Of a stretch of DNA of 64,000 bases, positions 25,401 through 37,624 are shown piece by piece. Numbering within the stretch: position 1 is the stretch's first letter; every line of letters starts with the position of its first letter. A model generated the notes under the pieces. The model was given only the letters and a program-made list of their open reading frames with translations, ran no database searches and was not told the DNA's origin. A program made the translations under genes and the position numbers. Origin of the DNA: Macrostomum lignano (taxonomy: Eukaryota); contig NIVC01000901.1 in NCBI GenBank assembly GCA_002269645.1, positions 1 to 64,000 on the forward strand, given 5' to 3'.

Positions 25401-27518
25401 CGGGCTAAATATATTAATACACAAAATTACATGTACTAGCTAGTAATTTCAGAATGGTCAGCGACTCCTCCGATTTGTATCCGCGACCGCGTGCCCACAA
25501 ATCCCCCGGCAGACCCTGTCGCAGTTGGTGGTTGTGCACAGAATACAATGTTAATTTTCGAGCTTCTCTGCAAAAAATGCGTGATGCACTCAAGATGCGT
25601 GCTAAAGTCTACTTCTTTGATTGATGGCTGGGTTTTGCCTTTTCGCTTGTGATCATCAAAAGCTTGGGCGTCATTGCTACTGGTGTTTCAGTGTGCGCAT
25701 TATGTCTGGTTATCATATTATGTGCATGTGCAGTGTCTTTTACCTACATTTTTGTTTGTCTCTGTTTCCTGCATGCTCTTTCGCATTTTTACACCTTGCA
25801 CATCCTCATTTTTCTCAATTAACAAGTGAATTCTTTTCTTAAAGACTAATTGCTATTTTAGTTAAGCTAGTAGGTTTTTGGTAATTAAATAATTCAATTT
25901 TGTCTATTTTCCAAAAAATTTTCCAAAAAGTGAATTATTTCAAGTTAATTGGAGTAAAATTTCTAATAAGTAACTATAATTTTTTATTTTAAGTACATGT
26001 AGCTTTGGTATAAGTATTAATGTAATAAGTACTTAAAGTAAAATCAAGCAAGTTATAGTTTTCAGAAATTATGCTACAAATAATCAAATACATACTAGAA
26101 TCCGAATTCCTTTATTAAGGAACATGCAGTTGATATTAAATCCACAATGTGCTTTTTGGTGTTCAAGGATAGTTCCCTGACTTTTTCTATTATTAGTTAG
26201 ATTTTATTATATTTAATGTAAAAATGAACAATTCTATTCACCGTAAAAATGAACATTCTTTATTTGTCGAATCATCTTGACTTTGAAAATATACATAGTG
26301 AAAACTTGATTTTTAATTCAACCTTTCAAGACTTATTTAGACTTCTTAATTCAGTGATTAGTTAAACTGATCGAAGTCCTTTCGAGTGCATGCTATAATA
26401 ATTTCGCACTTTTTCGCACACGATAATTTTAAATGTCTGGGATTTAGAGCAGAGTAACAAAATGCTGTGCTCAAAAACATTTCCTTTGTCAATTTCTTGT
26501 TCTTTTATTTTTGCAAAAGAAATTTAACTGCATATTTAAAATAAAAATAGAAGAAAATTTTATTTTCTCTTTAATATTTTTGTCGTTTATTTTCCGCAAC
26601 AAAGAATAACAAATAGCCTTGATTTCTTCTCAATTTCAAGTTTTCTTGTGGTTTTAGTAGCAGCTTCTTACAGAAATTGTCGAAATAATTTTTTTTGTAC
26701 GATTATTGGTCGATGTATAAACTTTTTTTGCAATAACAAAAAGTTGTGACCTAGCTTTGAGAACGACCCGCATGGTTCAAGGCCTTGAAAGATAAATTGC
26801 CTTGTTTATGGCTATTTAAGCACCTTAAAAATTTTAGTAGATGTAGCCTATAGGCAATAACTTATAAGGCCATGGCCTCCATGGGATTAGAAATTAGATA
26901 AATCAGTATTTCATCATAGATAGGCCTAATACTTTTGCCAGTTTTGGTAAAATCCATCCATGATAAATTTATTTAGGCTTATCCAATTTTTAGGAATCCC
27001 ATGGCCATGTCCATAGATTGGCTACTCATTTTTTAAACTTAAATAGGCCTTTCGAAGTTCATAATTTCCTCTTAGTCCTACCTATTAGTCCTAGGGCCTA
27101 TCTATTTATGTATGCTTATTAATATTAGGCCTATTTTAAGCTAGGCCTATAACTATCAATTCAGGTCCTTCTATTTTAATTAAGGTTAAGACTAGGCCTA
27201 GCTTGACTTTGTGAATTGTGACTAGTCAATCTAGTTAATCTGTTAAAAATATATTCATTTATGATTTTCTTCAAAAAAGCCTAGGCCTATTAGCATCTTT
27301 TGGACTTGTTGCATTTTTAAAAACAATATTATTAATCATTATAAATAATTCTTTGCAATTACACTTGCAACCTGTTTTTGGCATAGCTAGCCTAGCAGAT
27401 CCCTAAGGTTGCTATTATAAATAAATAATGATTATTGTAAATTTGATCTGATTTAGGCCAAGTCCAGAATTTAATAGCCATAGGGCATAGCTTTTAAGAT
27501 TAGGCCTAATGTTTAGGC

Positions 27519-27922
27519 CGGTGCATGACCAAGACCGCCACATACCAAGACCGCCACAGCTCTTACTGACTATTGGAATTGAGGGGAAGCTACCAATCTT
27601 TCAGCATTGCTATTGGTTATGATGGGTTGTGGAGTTAGATAAGGAGGAAATGTCCTAAGATTGGTCACTAATAAGATGAATAAGTGGCCCAAAATGATTG
27701 CAAGTCAACCAGGGCAATTTTAACAATTCAAATTAAATGAAAAAACAAGGAGCCTGGCTCACTCACCTACCTAGCCAGGCTAGCCTGCTCACTAGTTCTT
27801 CTCTCGTGGCCTTGTCTTGCTGGCTCTCCCCATCTTACCCCTCCTTAGCCCCATCCAATAACATGGCAAGCCAAATTCCTCCCTCCTAGCTCTCCCAAGT
27901 GTGGCGGTCTTGTCCTATACCG
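27519..27922. mobile_element. MITE (404 bp), superfamily unassigned
   Basis: TIRs CGGT(N5-6)CAAGACCGCCACA / TGTGGCGGTCTTG(N5)ACCG; identical 7-bp flanks TTTAGGC. Confidence 0.8.
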
Positions 27923-27941
27923 TTTAGGCCTAATCATACTA

Positions 27942-28301
27942 TTTTTTTTATTAGAGGCAGGGGGTTGTATGCACCCTGGCACACTTTAAGCGACATAGGC
28001 ATACAACTAGCGAGAGGCATTGCTGCCTATTCCACTAACTCCCCTGAGCAGGCACACAAGCGTGCGGATATGTATGCAGGCACACTTACACAGGAGTATA
28101 CAATGGCCCTAACTTTATTTATTGTTAGGCATGTATACTTCACTGTGCCTTGGGGGCTGGCTCTCAAGGCTGTTAATTGCACAAGCAGAGAGCCAAGCCA
28201 AGATTCCAATTCAGCCCCAAATTAATGTGACTACTCTTAGAATCGAGCCTAGGTCGCTAGCACACTAGAGCAGCTGTGCTACCGCTTGGCTACAACCCCC
28301 C
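27942..28301 (-). mobile_element. tRNA-derived SINE-like element (~360 bp)
   Basis: Minus-strand head GGGGTTGTAGCCAAGCGGTA (A box), anticodon-like stem GCACA/TGTGC, B-box-like GGCTCGATTCT, A-rich tail AATAAAAAAAA. No TSD seen. Confidence 0.6.
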
Positions 28302-29733
28302 TTTTAATTATAATAGGCCAGCAAATATAAAAAAAACATGCATTGCTTTGCCTAAATACTTTATAGTCTAAAATCAGTTTTAAAATAAAAAATTAAATTT
28401 ATAGAAACATATATTAATTTTTTGTACTTATTATTTTAATTTTATTAATTTAATTTTATTGATTGACTTAGGTAGGGTTTTCTTTTTTGCTAGAGACAAG
28501 GTGCAAAATCATACCCTATGCTCACTTTTAGGGTTTTATGATTTTAAGGCTTAGAATGTAGTTTCTCTTTTTTCTTATATAAAGGCAGTGCAAAAAAGGC
28601 TTCAACAGAAAAATAGGTAATGAGCTCACACCTAAACTGTATCATCAACTTTTTAATTTCAATTTTCAAGGTGCAATTTTAAAATTTAGGGTGCATATAC
28701 ACACTTTGCGCTTAAAAAATAAACCTAGGACTTAGGCCTAGTTAATTTTAAAATAAACTTTATTTTATTTTATAAGTATTCATCATTAAATTAGTTTTAT
28801 GAATTATATCAATATTATTTATCAATCTTAATTGGCAACAATTATTTTTCTATTTCATTCATGCCTAACATTACATGGCCCATCCTCAAACTTGGATGTC
28901 ACCTTGGTCTTGCATTTGAAGAAGCTTGCAAAGCTACTTGGAATTTGAATTTAATATCTCGAATGCTACCTTTTGTGAAGCAATGGTAAGTTTTAGTTAT
29001 AAACTGATTTTTTTCTGTCATCAAAATCTATCAAAATCTATTACAAAATCTGTCAATCTGTTATAAAATTCTGTAATTTAACCCCTTTCTTTTCTAAGGT
29101 TGCTCACCTGACCTGAAGAAGCAGCATTCTGGCAATTGGCAGCAGCATGTTTCTGACTGTTCTAATTCTGATGCATTATATTATTGTTAATTAATTAATG
29201 CTATTGACAATGTCAATTTCAAATTATATATTATATCATATGTGCAGTGCAACTCTAAAGATATCAATATCTACATCAGTGTGTTTATTCTTTGTGTGCC
29301 AGTGACTCACTACTGTACATAAATACACCTTACATCGTTTTTGAATATTGAATATTGAATTTTTGTGCAGAAATATTTTTTGCTATAGCTAGTGTTTCAT
29401 CTGTGTTTCAGTTTCTTTTATATGGTATTGAGATCTGGGGTTCGTATGAAATTTTGAGATCTGGTATTATTTTGAGATTGAGGATGCAACAATTTATTAT
29501 GGCAACCAGTATAATGGCTGCTTTCTCAATGACAATGTGGATTCTATGTGAAATACATAATTACTTCCATATGGATCTTCCATGTGGAATCCATATCTTG
29601 ATTCCACATGGATGGGCGGAGACAAATGCACATATGGATTTCATATGAAAAATCCACATGGAATCCATATCATTTTTTTCACTGGGGAGTAGTCAAGTTT
29701 GCGAACGCATTCTGAATTAAATTTTGCTGTAAG

Positions 29734-30500
29734 TGTACTAGTGCTATGCCTTTATCATAGTATACTCGAATGTTCTTTCAATGTAATAACTGTATATTCG
29801 AATCTTTCTTAGAAACTGAATCTACGCGAACGCCAAATAATAGTTTGTTTTAATGCGCGAAATAAATTGGAGAATTATTTTTTGTTTTAATCGTATGTGG
29901 GGAAAATCACTATATATAGGAGCGGTTTCGCGACAAATATACTCTAACTGTCTTTTACCCGTGAGCAAATAATTGCGAACAGAATAAGCAGTTCAATCTA
30001 AACCATTTCAAAGTCTTTGAGCTAAATAGCGACTTCTTCATTTACAAAACCTGTGAAACGATTCTAAGAAATTTGCTAAGAGAAGGGAATTGGGACTAAT
30101 TCCTGGAGATATACTAAGAGAGGCGCCGTGACCCTCTAGTCTTGGTGAACGCCCGATTAGGACTATACACTAATACATATACCAGTACTAGACCGCTCAG
30201 GCCATAAGCTACTAGAACGCTACCAGAAAGCAAGCCATAAGCTACCAGAAACGCTACTAAGAACGCTACCAGAAACGCTACTAAGAACGCTACCCAGAAA
30301 TATTTAAATGAAATTCTAAGAAATAGTTAGGGAGTAAAAGCAAGTATAATCAGGATAACTGTAGTTGGCAAATCGGTGGGATTAAAATTGATAAAGTAAG
30401 AAGTGAAAGGCCTGTAACAACTTTGGTGGCAGCTCGTAGGATATTTAATAAACACTAATAGTTAGAAGTTTAGAAAGACAGAGCCAAAAGGCCTGTCACA
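29734..30500 (+). repeat. 5' LTR of LTR-B (767 bp)
   Basis: Nearly identical to the split 3' LTR; I found one substitution (agaacgcta versus agaatgcta). Confidence 0.93.
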
Positions 30501-30502
30501 GC

Positions 30503-30513
30503 TGGTGGCAGCG
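30503..30513 (+). promoter_or_regulatory. Primer-binding site of LTR-B, tRNA-Leu(AAG/UAG)-like
   Basis: TGGTGGCAGCG, 2 nt after the LTR end; complement of the tRNA-Leu 3' end ...CGCTGCCACCA. Confidence 0.8.
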
Positions 30514-30596
30514 ATAAGGATTAGAGAAACGGCGCGAACTCTTAAAGCTAGATTCAGAAGAATTCCGAAGAATAATAAGTTTTTCGTAAAGAGAAG

Positions 30597-31175
30597 ATGA
30601 ATCAGAATCAGGCTAATGATGCCATCGCCATGCTGGCAGAGGAACTGCGGAAACATCTCAAGTTAGGATCGAAAGAAGCTGAAGTGCAAGTAGAAAAGTT
30701 CACGCCTGGTCAGAACATTAGGCAGTGGATGAACACGTTTGAGCAACAGTGCAGAATCCAAGGGATTACAGTCGAGAAACAGAAGGAAGCTCTCTTTGCT
30801 AATCTAAACATCCCAGAGGGACTGAAACGCCGAATCAGTCACAGAAAAGAGCAGAGTCAGTACCAGGAGATTAGGCGAAGGATCATCGAAGAATTTGAGC
30901 CGAAGCAGCAGAACAAGAAAGAAGGGATTGACGCATTAGTAGAGTGTCTAATGACTCTGTCAATTGTGCTAACGAACATAAGCCTAGAGCCAAAGACAGG
31001 GCAGCAGCATCAGTCAGTACCAAGACCTCGCCGCCTGAACAGATTCAGTGGAATCAGGCCAGAGCCGAAACCTGGTCACTGCTTCTTCTGCAACCAGCCA
31101 GGACCCATTAGGCCTCAGGCAGGACACCAGTGCCGAATCAACTTCAACCGGCACGCCCAGCAGAAGCCACCCTAA
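30597..31175 (+). CDS. Short gag-like ORF of LTR-B (192 aa)
   Basis: VQVEKFTPGQNIRQWMNTFEQQCRIQGI aligns by eye with Gypsy-A gag VKIQRYTPNQDFDVWIQALEERCEFNGI; altered knuckle CFFCNQPGPIRPQAGHQC. Confidence 0.75.
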   Translation: MNQNQANDAIAMLAEELRKHLKLGSKEAEVQVEKFTPGQNIRQWMNTFEQQCRIQGITVEKQKEALFANLNIPEGLKRRISHRKEQSQYQEIRRRIIEEFEPKQQNKKEGIDALVECLMTLSIVLTNISLEPKTGQQHQSVPRPRRLNRFSGIRPEPKPGHCFFCNQPGPIRPQAGHQCRINFNRHAQQKPP

Positions 31176-31799
31176 GAAGACTCGTACACAGGAGCGCGAA
31201 TCTGAAAGCTATTTGTAAATATGTTTCAAATATGCAAAAAATATAAAAACGAATAAAAAAATTCAGAAAACCCAAAAAAATATTTGTTTAAAAAGTATTT
31301 CGTCTGCATACTGCAATGTACTGACCAAGTAAGCCGTCTAAAGTTCGTTAAATAGCTAAAAATTTAGGAGGTAACCCTTAAAAGGGCCGTTTGACCTTAA
31401 AAGGGCCGTTTTACTAAGAAACTTATTTAGGAAAGCCAGGGAACTGCAATTTCGGACTGAAAACATTGAAGGAAGATTATTTTACTCAGAGAAGTTGACG
31501 AGAAGTTGATGCTGAGAGAATTGTGCAGAATTGTGCGAAGAGAATTGTCGAAAAGATTGGATTGCAGAGATTGGCATGACGCGCGGACAGCTACGCATGC
31601 TGACCAATTGCGGATTGGCCAAAGGCAGAAAGAAGAGGCCGATGACGCTTTCAGAAGAGCCAAAAAAGGTTCAGAGAGTCAGGCCATGCAGGAAAGGAAG
31701 GGCAGTAAGGCCTAAAGAGCAGATTAATACAGAATTTCTATGATTCTACTGACGAGGCCAAACTGAGATAGCGGAAGGAGATTCGAGATTTGAGAATTT

Positions 31800-32442
31800 G
31801 TTAAGAGTTGTAGGACCCGTGACAGTAGAGCTGTAGCTGGCATGAGTTCAGCAGAGAAGCTTTCGAGAGGTCAGGGTCGAGTTGAGATATTGAGTCGAGA
31901 AGTTGTTGAGTTGAGATGAGATGAAATGAAGATGAGATTTCGAGGAGAAGCTGTGAGAATTTGCAAAGTTGTTCGAAGAGAAACATAGAAATAATCTGAC
32001 TCCAGTACCGAAATCCGAAATTAATTTACCAGAGGAAATTAATAATAATTTAAAACCAGCACCAGTGTCAACTAAGAAGAAAGAACAGCCGAAGCCGAAG
32101 AAAAAAATTTGCCATAGACAAAAAGAAGTTAGAATTCCAGAAGTTCAAATTTTAGAGGAGGAAAGCTCAGACGAAGAAAACAGAATTCAATGGAGAGTAT
32201 TCGCAGATCCGAATTCGCAGAGTGAAAACGAAGGAAATGAGGAATTGAACAGTGAGAATACAGAGAGAGCGACTGACTCAGATGAGCCATCAGAAGAAGA
32301 AGAAGGAGCATTAGAGTTAGAGGAGGAACGAGTTCAGCCAGAGAATAGGTATAACTTTAGGATGACTCAGCGAAGGAGAGAAAGAGAAGGCGCAACAGGA
32401 TTTGTGCCCCGAAGGCGCTACGCGAAATATTTAGCACCTTAA
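31800..32442 (+). pseudogene. Remnant of the pol/integrase C-terminal tail in LTR-B
   Basis: RVVGPVTVEL fragment resembles the Gypsy integrase C-terminal region, followed by an acidic low-complexity tail ending RYNFRMTQRRR. Confidence 0.45.
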
Positions 32443-32846
32443 ATCATGACGACGTAAGCAATTTCCCATAAGAAACAGTGTTAAATAGTTAAAAATTCCG
32501 TATTAGAATTACTTATCTGCTTATAAAATTTGACATGCTGTACATAGAGCGAATCTGTAAATACCATATTAATCTACAAAATGCGATCTTTAATTTGATA
32601 CTTTACTCAAGAAAATCTATCAAAAAATAAAAAAGTTATAAAAAGAAATAGAAAATCCATAAAAATTTAGTTGCCAAATCTGTCAAATCTGACATGCCCC
32701 GCCCCACGCGCGAGGGGAGTGCTTCGAAGAGGTCCAGTTTTTCGGCCCGCCAGCCTATAAATACGAGCACCCCGCAGGCCCCACAGATCCCATAGCTCAC
32801 TGCTAGCTTCCTTTCTATTCTAAGAGCCATTCGCAGAGAAATCAAA

Positions 32847-33715
32847 ATGAACAACTCTATTGATATCTTGGACGAGTTAATTGGCAATCTGTCAGACGAT
32901 ATGGAGCCCCAGCCAGCGCCCAACACCGACGAAAATGAGGCACCGCTTCGATGTGCAACACGTCCAAAGGCGCCTGGTGTATCCAGCAAACGGCCAAGAA
33001 CATCATCGCCAGCTTCATCGCCTTGCCGCCAAATGAGGGTCGAAGGCCCCGAGCAGAAGCGCGCCGCCCTGGTGGCAGCACAGGCAGCTGCGCCCGTGCG
33101 CTCCTATGTTGTCAAGGCCACGCCAGGATCGTCGACATCAAGCCGAACGCAGCAGTTGGTGTCACCGCCAGCTGCCCCATCATCGAGAAAGACCCCGGCA
33201 CCACGGCAGAAGAAATCGACAGCTGCGACACCGCCAGCTCAGCAGCCAGCGTCGCAGCCGAGCCTGCAATCAGCGCAGCAGTCAGCGCTGCAGCCGAGCC
33301 TGCAATCAGCGCAGCAGTCTAGCCAGCCATCAGCACTACAGCCGAGCCAGCAGCAATCGAATTCGCAGAGAGATTTTCATCGCATCGTCCGAGAACTTGT
33401 GGAGACTCGCGGAGCAGAGGTGGAAAAGCTACGCTTCCACATTGAGCAATACGCACTGAAAGTAGCGTACCACCGATCCGACAGCGCTACCCCCAATGCT
33501 CGCAAATTTGGACACACCTGAAGTTTCTGAGGGATCAATTCAGTTACCAGGAAGCTGTCGCTGTTCTCCAGGACGTCGCCTATCGCCTCCAGCGAGCTAT
33601 AAGAGCCAACCCGCCGCCAGCGCTGACGGTCCTCGACGAAGAGTACCGATGGTTTTTCGCTCAAGTCGGCTGGCCCTACTATCGCGACCTCCCGGAGCCC
33701 TGCATGTTTATCTGA
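32847..33715 (+). pseudogene. LTR-B accessory ORF3 (about 288 codons, one frameshift near 33517), function unknown
   Basis: ATG at 32847 downstream of TATAAA (32756). A P/S/Q-rich N-terminus precedes a helical-looking domain that continues in the -1 frame (LKFLRDQFSYQEAVAVLQ...WPYYRDLPEPCMFI*). Confidence 0.65.
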
Positions 33716-34001
33716 ACTATTGAGGTGAACTAACTTTTGCGTTGCCTTTAATAACAATTTTGCCTTTTATAATACTTTTATAATAGTTCGTTTTGCTTCC
33801 ATAATAGTTCTCACTTTAATGGTTTACCTACATAATAGTTCTATCACAACCATTTTATGCACCAATTGTTTTAGCACTGAATTGTGTTTTCTGCACCTTG
33901 CTTTGCACCTTTTCACCTGCATTTTCCTACGATATCAATTTTTCACTGTATACATATAATATAGTATTTCGTTCAAAATTTGATATATAGAGGAGGAAAG
34001 T

Positions 34002-34624
34002 TGTACTAGTGCTATGCCTTTATCATAGTATACTCGAATGTTCTTTCAATGTAATAACTGTATATTCGAATCTTTCTTAGAAACTGAATCTACGCGAACG
34101 CCAAATAATAGTTTGTTTTAATGCGCGAAATAAATTGGAGAATTATTTTTTGTTTTAATCGTATGTGGGGAAAATCACTATATATAGGAGCGGTTTCGCG
34201 ACAAATATACTCTAACTGTCTTTTACCCGTGAGCAAATAATTGCGAACAGAATAAGCAGTTCAATCTAAACCATTTCAAAGTCTTTGAGCTAAATAGCGA
34301 CTTCTTCATTTACAAAACCTGTGAAACGATTCTAAGAAATTTGCTAAGAGAAGGGAATTGGGACTAATTCCTGGAGATATACTAAGAGAGGCGCCGTGAC
34401 CCTCTAGTCTTGGTGAACGCCCGATTAGGACTATACACTAATACATATACCAGTACTAGACCGCTCAGGCCATAAGCTACTAGAATGCTACCAGAAAGCA
34501 AGCCATAAGCTACCAGAAACGCTACTAAGAACGCTACCAGAAACGCTACTAAGAACGCTACCCAGAAATATTTAAATGAAATTCTAAGAAATAGTTAGGG
34601 AGTAAAAGCAAGTATAATCAGGAT
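34002..34624 (+). repeat. 3' LTR of LTR-B, left part (continues at 41712-41855)
   Basis: Matches 29734-30356, is interrupted at GAT by CMC-2 and resumes after 41708. Confidence 0.93.
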
Positions 34625-35713
34625 CCCACTAAAAACGGGTTATCGGATTGACATCGGAATCTGGCCGGATTTTAGCAGGGCAATCGGAATCTGGTGGAAC
34701 TAGATTTGCAAGCAAAAAAACGATGAAAAATGTGCTCCAATGACATCCAAAAACTACACAAAGTATTTCCTGGCTTTCTTTGCTTCTCGGAAGCACCCCG
34801 GAAACATACCGGAATATGAGGCTCCATATTCCGACCGGAATTTACACTGCACCCGAGCCGTCACTTTCCGACAATAATTTTGAACGCAAGCTTCGCAAAA
34901 ATATCAGCATACTTATCAACTAGTATGATGACTGTCCACTTTGAAGAAAAAACTCTTTTAGACGGGAATTCTGCGCCCTCGCAATTTGCAAGAAGAACAG
35001 CTAGCAAGCTTTGTTTTACGCGATCAAGTGTTGAAGCTATTGACCAGTTTAATTTGCACACTTCCATTTTCACTAATTTGCGCTCGCTTGGAACATCAGC
35101 TCTTTTGAACACAGCTCCTTTAGCCAACACAGGACAGTGAGACCACAACTTTGAACTCTCTGCAACTTCATCTGTGGTTACACGCAAATACTATACTAGT
35201 ATGCTACTCCTTTCGTTCATTTAGTGCATTTCTTTAGTCTCCTATTATCTTGTATGCTTGAATTTTTTACTGGCGGACTATATAATCGCTAATTTCAGTA
35301 ATAAAATATATTATTATTGTTTATTTGTGATAACAGCTAGCCAAAACTATTATACTATACCTAAAAAGAACAATTTGGTATACTGCAATACTGCATAGTG
35401 AGTTTTGACCATAGTGGCACTTGCAGAAGCTTATTAATATTTGAGTACAGTATATGATAGGCACCAATTGTCCAGCTATACATAATATATACTGACATTG
35501 TACTATACTCATAGCCAGTTTCAATTCAGACCATCGCAAAGTAGTAAACAAGGGCCAATTCTATAAATTCTATCTAGTGCTAGTCCTAGATTTCTCATAT
35601 TGAAAGAGACTGCAAATTAAAATAATTGACTACATTGTGTACTAAAAACATATAAGGCAAAAGCTAGTTCTAATAATAAATAAGTATTGTCATTTATTGA
35701 TTAATTTGATTTA

Positions 35714-37624
35714 ATGGCTTTGCCAAGTCGTGCATCAAATAGACAGGTAGCCAGGGAAATGCAAGAAATACTACAAGAGCTTCCGACGATTGGGGCTACA
35801 AATATTGAGGCTAGGCTAGATCTAGAAAATGTGATGGGACAAAATGAAGATACAAAGAGCAATGCTGAGCCTGAAGAGACATTCTTTGATGCAGTGGGTC
35901 CAATGCCAATGGACTTTGATAGCCAAATGCATGCTCTTTTTGAGGAAGAAATGGATGAAGAAGTTGAAGAACAAGATGACTCTCTTGGCTATAATAGACC
36001 TCCGCCACTTACTTTGGTGCAAGAGTTACTATTGTTTTACATAACATTCAATATTACTAGTGCTGCCATGAATTACCTACTTCGGCTTTTGGCTCGTTTC
36101 TTCACTGACATACCCACTTCTGTCTACATGCTTAAGAGGCAGTGTCCAAGCACAGAGATCACGAGGTTCAATGTCAATAATGGTCATGTTGCCTTTCTCT
36201 CCATTGTGGACAATTTGAAATTTTTACTTGATTCCAAAATCCTTACAATTCCATCTGGAATTACAAACTTCTTTGTTTCCTTAAGGGTAAATGTTGATGG
36301 TCTTCCTTTATTCAAGTCATCTAGAATCAATCTTTGGCCTATATTGATGCTAGTAAATAATTGTTTTAGACCTGTGCCATTTGGCCTTTTTTGTGGCATT
36401 GGAAAGCCTGACCTACATGTCTTCTTAGAAAGGTTTTGTTCTGAAATTGCAGGTCTACAGAATGGTTTTGACTATAATATGAAAAGAATTTTTATTAAGT
36501 CAATTGTCTTTATCTGTGACACACCTGCTAGAAACTTTATTCAATGTTTGAAAGGTCATTCCAGTTATCTTGGCTGTAGTTGGTGTCGTCAAGTAGGAAA
36601 TTACACAGGTGACAGAATTTGTTTTTCTAATACCATTGCAGAGGCTCGAACAAATCAAGATTATGAACAAGGGCGTGAAAATAACCAACTTGGTATTTCT
36701 CCACTAGCCAGGATTGTTCCAATGTATTCCAATTTTGTACCCGACCCAATGCATATTGTCTACTTAGGGGTTGTAAAGAAGTTGCTCAAATTTTACTTCC
36801 TTGGAGCAAAGCACATTCGACTTGCTTGCAAGTTGTCATCCCAATTAAAAGAGGAAATAAATAGAAAAATAATGTATATTAAGGAATTTGTTCCTTCAGA
36901 TTTTCAAAGACGGCTTCGCACTTTTGCTGACATTGAATACTTTAAAGCAACGGAATTCCGCCAATGTCTTTTGTACTTTGGTCCGTTCCTTTTTAAGAAT
37001 ACCTTGCCAAAGGTCTACTTTAATCATTATCTATTATTGCATTGGTCAATTTCAGTCCTTAATTCACCTGAGTACTGTGAAATTTATTTTGATGCTGCTG
37101 AGGCTTGTTTGAAAAAGTTTGTTGCTGAGGCACCAAGCCTATATTACAACAGTGTAGTTTCTTATAATTGGCATGCTCTGTTGCACCTTCCTGAGTTTGT
37201 GCAAATGTATGGCCCACTTGACACGTTTTCAGCTTTCCCTTTTGAAAACTACTTGCAATTGATCAAGAAGAGAATTCGTTGTACCAATCATGTTTTTGCC
37301 CAATCTGTCAACCAGTTGTTGAATGTGAGATTTTTATATTCTAATGACAAGTTGGGTGACATTGGTTTTACTAATAAGAGTCCTAATAACTGTGCTATTG
37401 TTGATGGAAAGGTTGTCATTGTCACCAATTTAAATGATGGTCTTATTTCAGGCCAGGTTCTCACATTTGATAGAAGCCTTTATTCCTATCCATATCCATC
37501 AAAATCAATTGGCATAGGCTACTATAAGCATTCAAAGACATTTGTATCCAACTTGCAACCTTCTAAGAAGGCCATTCTAATTCCCTTTGGCGGAGACTAT
37601 CTGGTCATTCCTTGCATCAAGTAA
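35714..37624 (+). CDS. CMC-EnSpm transposase, 636 aa, intact
   Basis: Motifs VNVDGLPLFKSS..LWPIL, ICDTPAR..CLKGH..Y.GC..C, DPMHIVYLG, FKATEFRQ.LLY.GP, YNWHALLHL and FSAFPFENYL are typical of animal EnSpm transposases. Confidence 0.93.
   Translation: MALPSRASNRQVAREMQEILQELPTIGATNIEARLDLENVMGQNEDTKSNAEPEETFFDAVGPMPMDFDSQMHALFEEEMDEEVEEQDDSLGYNRPPPLTLVQELLLFYITFNITSAAMNYLLRLLARFFTDIPTSVYMLKRQCPSTEITRFNVNNGHVAFLSIVDNLKFLLDSKILTIPSGITNFFVSLRVNVDGLPLFKSSRINLWPILMLVNNCFRPVPFGLFCGIGKPDLHVFLERFCSEIAGLQNGFDYNMKRIFIKSIVFICDTPARNFIQCLKGHSSYLGCSWCRQVGNYTGDRICFSNTIAEARTNQDYEQGRENNQLGISPLARIVPMYSNFVPDPMHIVYLGVVKKLLKFYFLGAKHIRLACKLSSQLKEEINRKIMYIKEFVPSDFQRRLRTFADIEYFKATEFRQCLLYFGPFLFKNTLPKVYFNHYLLLHWSISVLNSPEYCEIYFDAAEACLKKFVAEAPSLYYNSVVSYNWHALLHLPEFVQMYGPLDTFSAFPFENYLQLIKKRIRCTNHVFAQSVNQLLNVRFLYSNDKLGDIGFTNKSPNNCAIVDGKVVIVTNLNDGLISGQVLTFDRSLYSYPYPSKSIGIGYYKHSKTFVSNLQPSKKAILIPFGGDYLVIPCIK

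Larger units (their letters stand above)
22523..29686. mobile_element. Non-autonomous/decayed CMC-EnSpm-like DNA transposon (CMC-1, 7.2 kb)
   Basis: TIRs CCCAGTGAAAAA(AA)TGAT..TGGATTCCAYGTGG at both ends, subterminal GGATTCCA repeats, 2-bp TSD GA; no intact ORF. Confidence 0.85.

Noticed and set aside
24400-25600. GC-richer coding-like patches inside CMC-1
   Set aside because: All frames on both strands are interrupted and no recognisable motif was found; probably decayed transposon exons.
33500-33521. Programmed -1 frameshift in LTR-B ORF3
   Set aside because: No in-register X XXY YYZ slippery heptamer; a 1-nt mutation is the simpler explanation.
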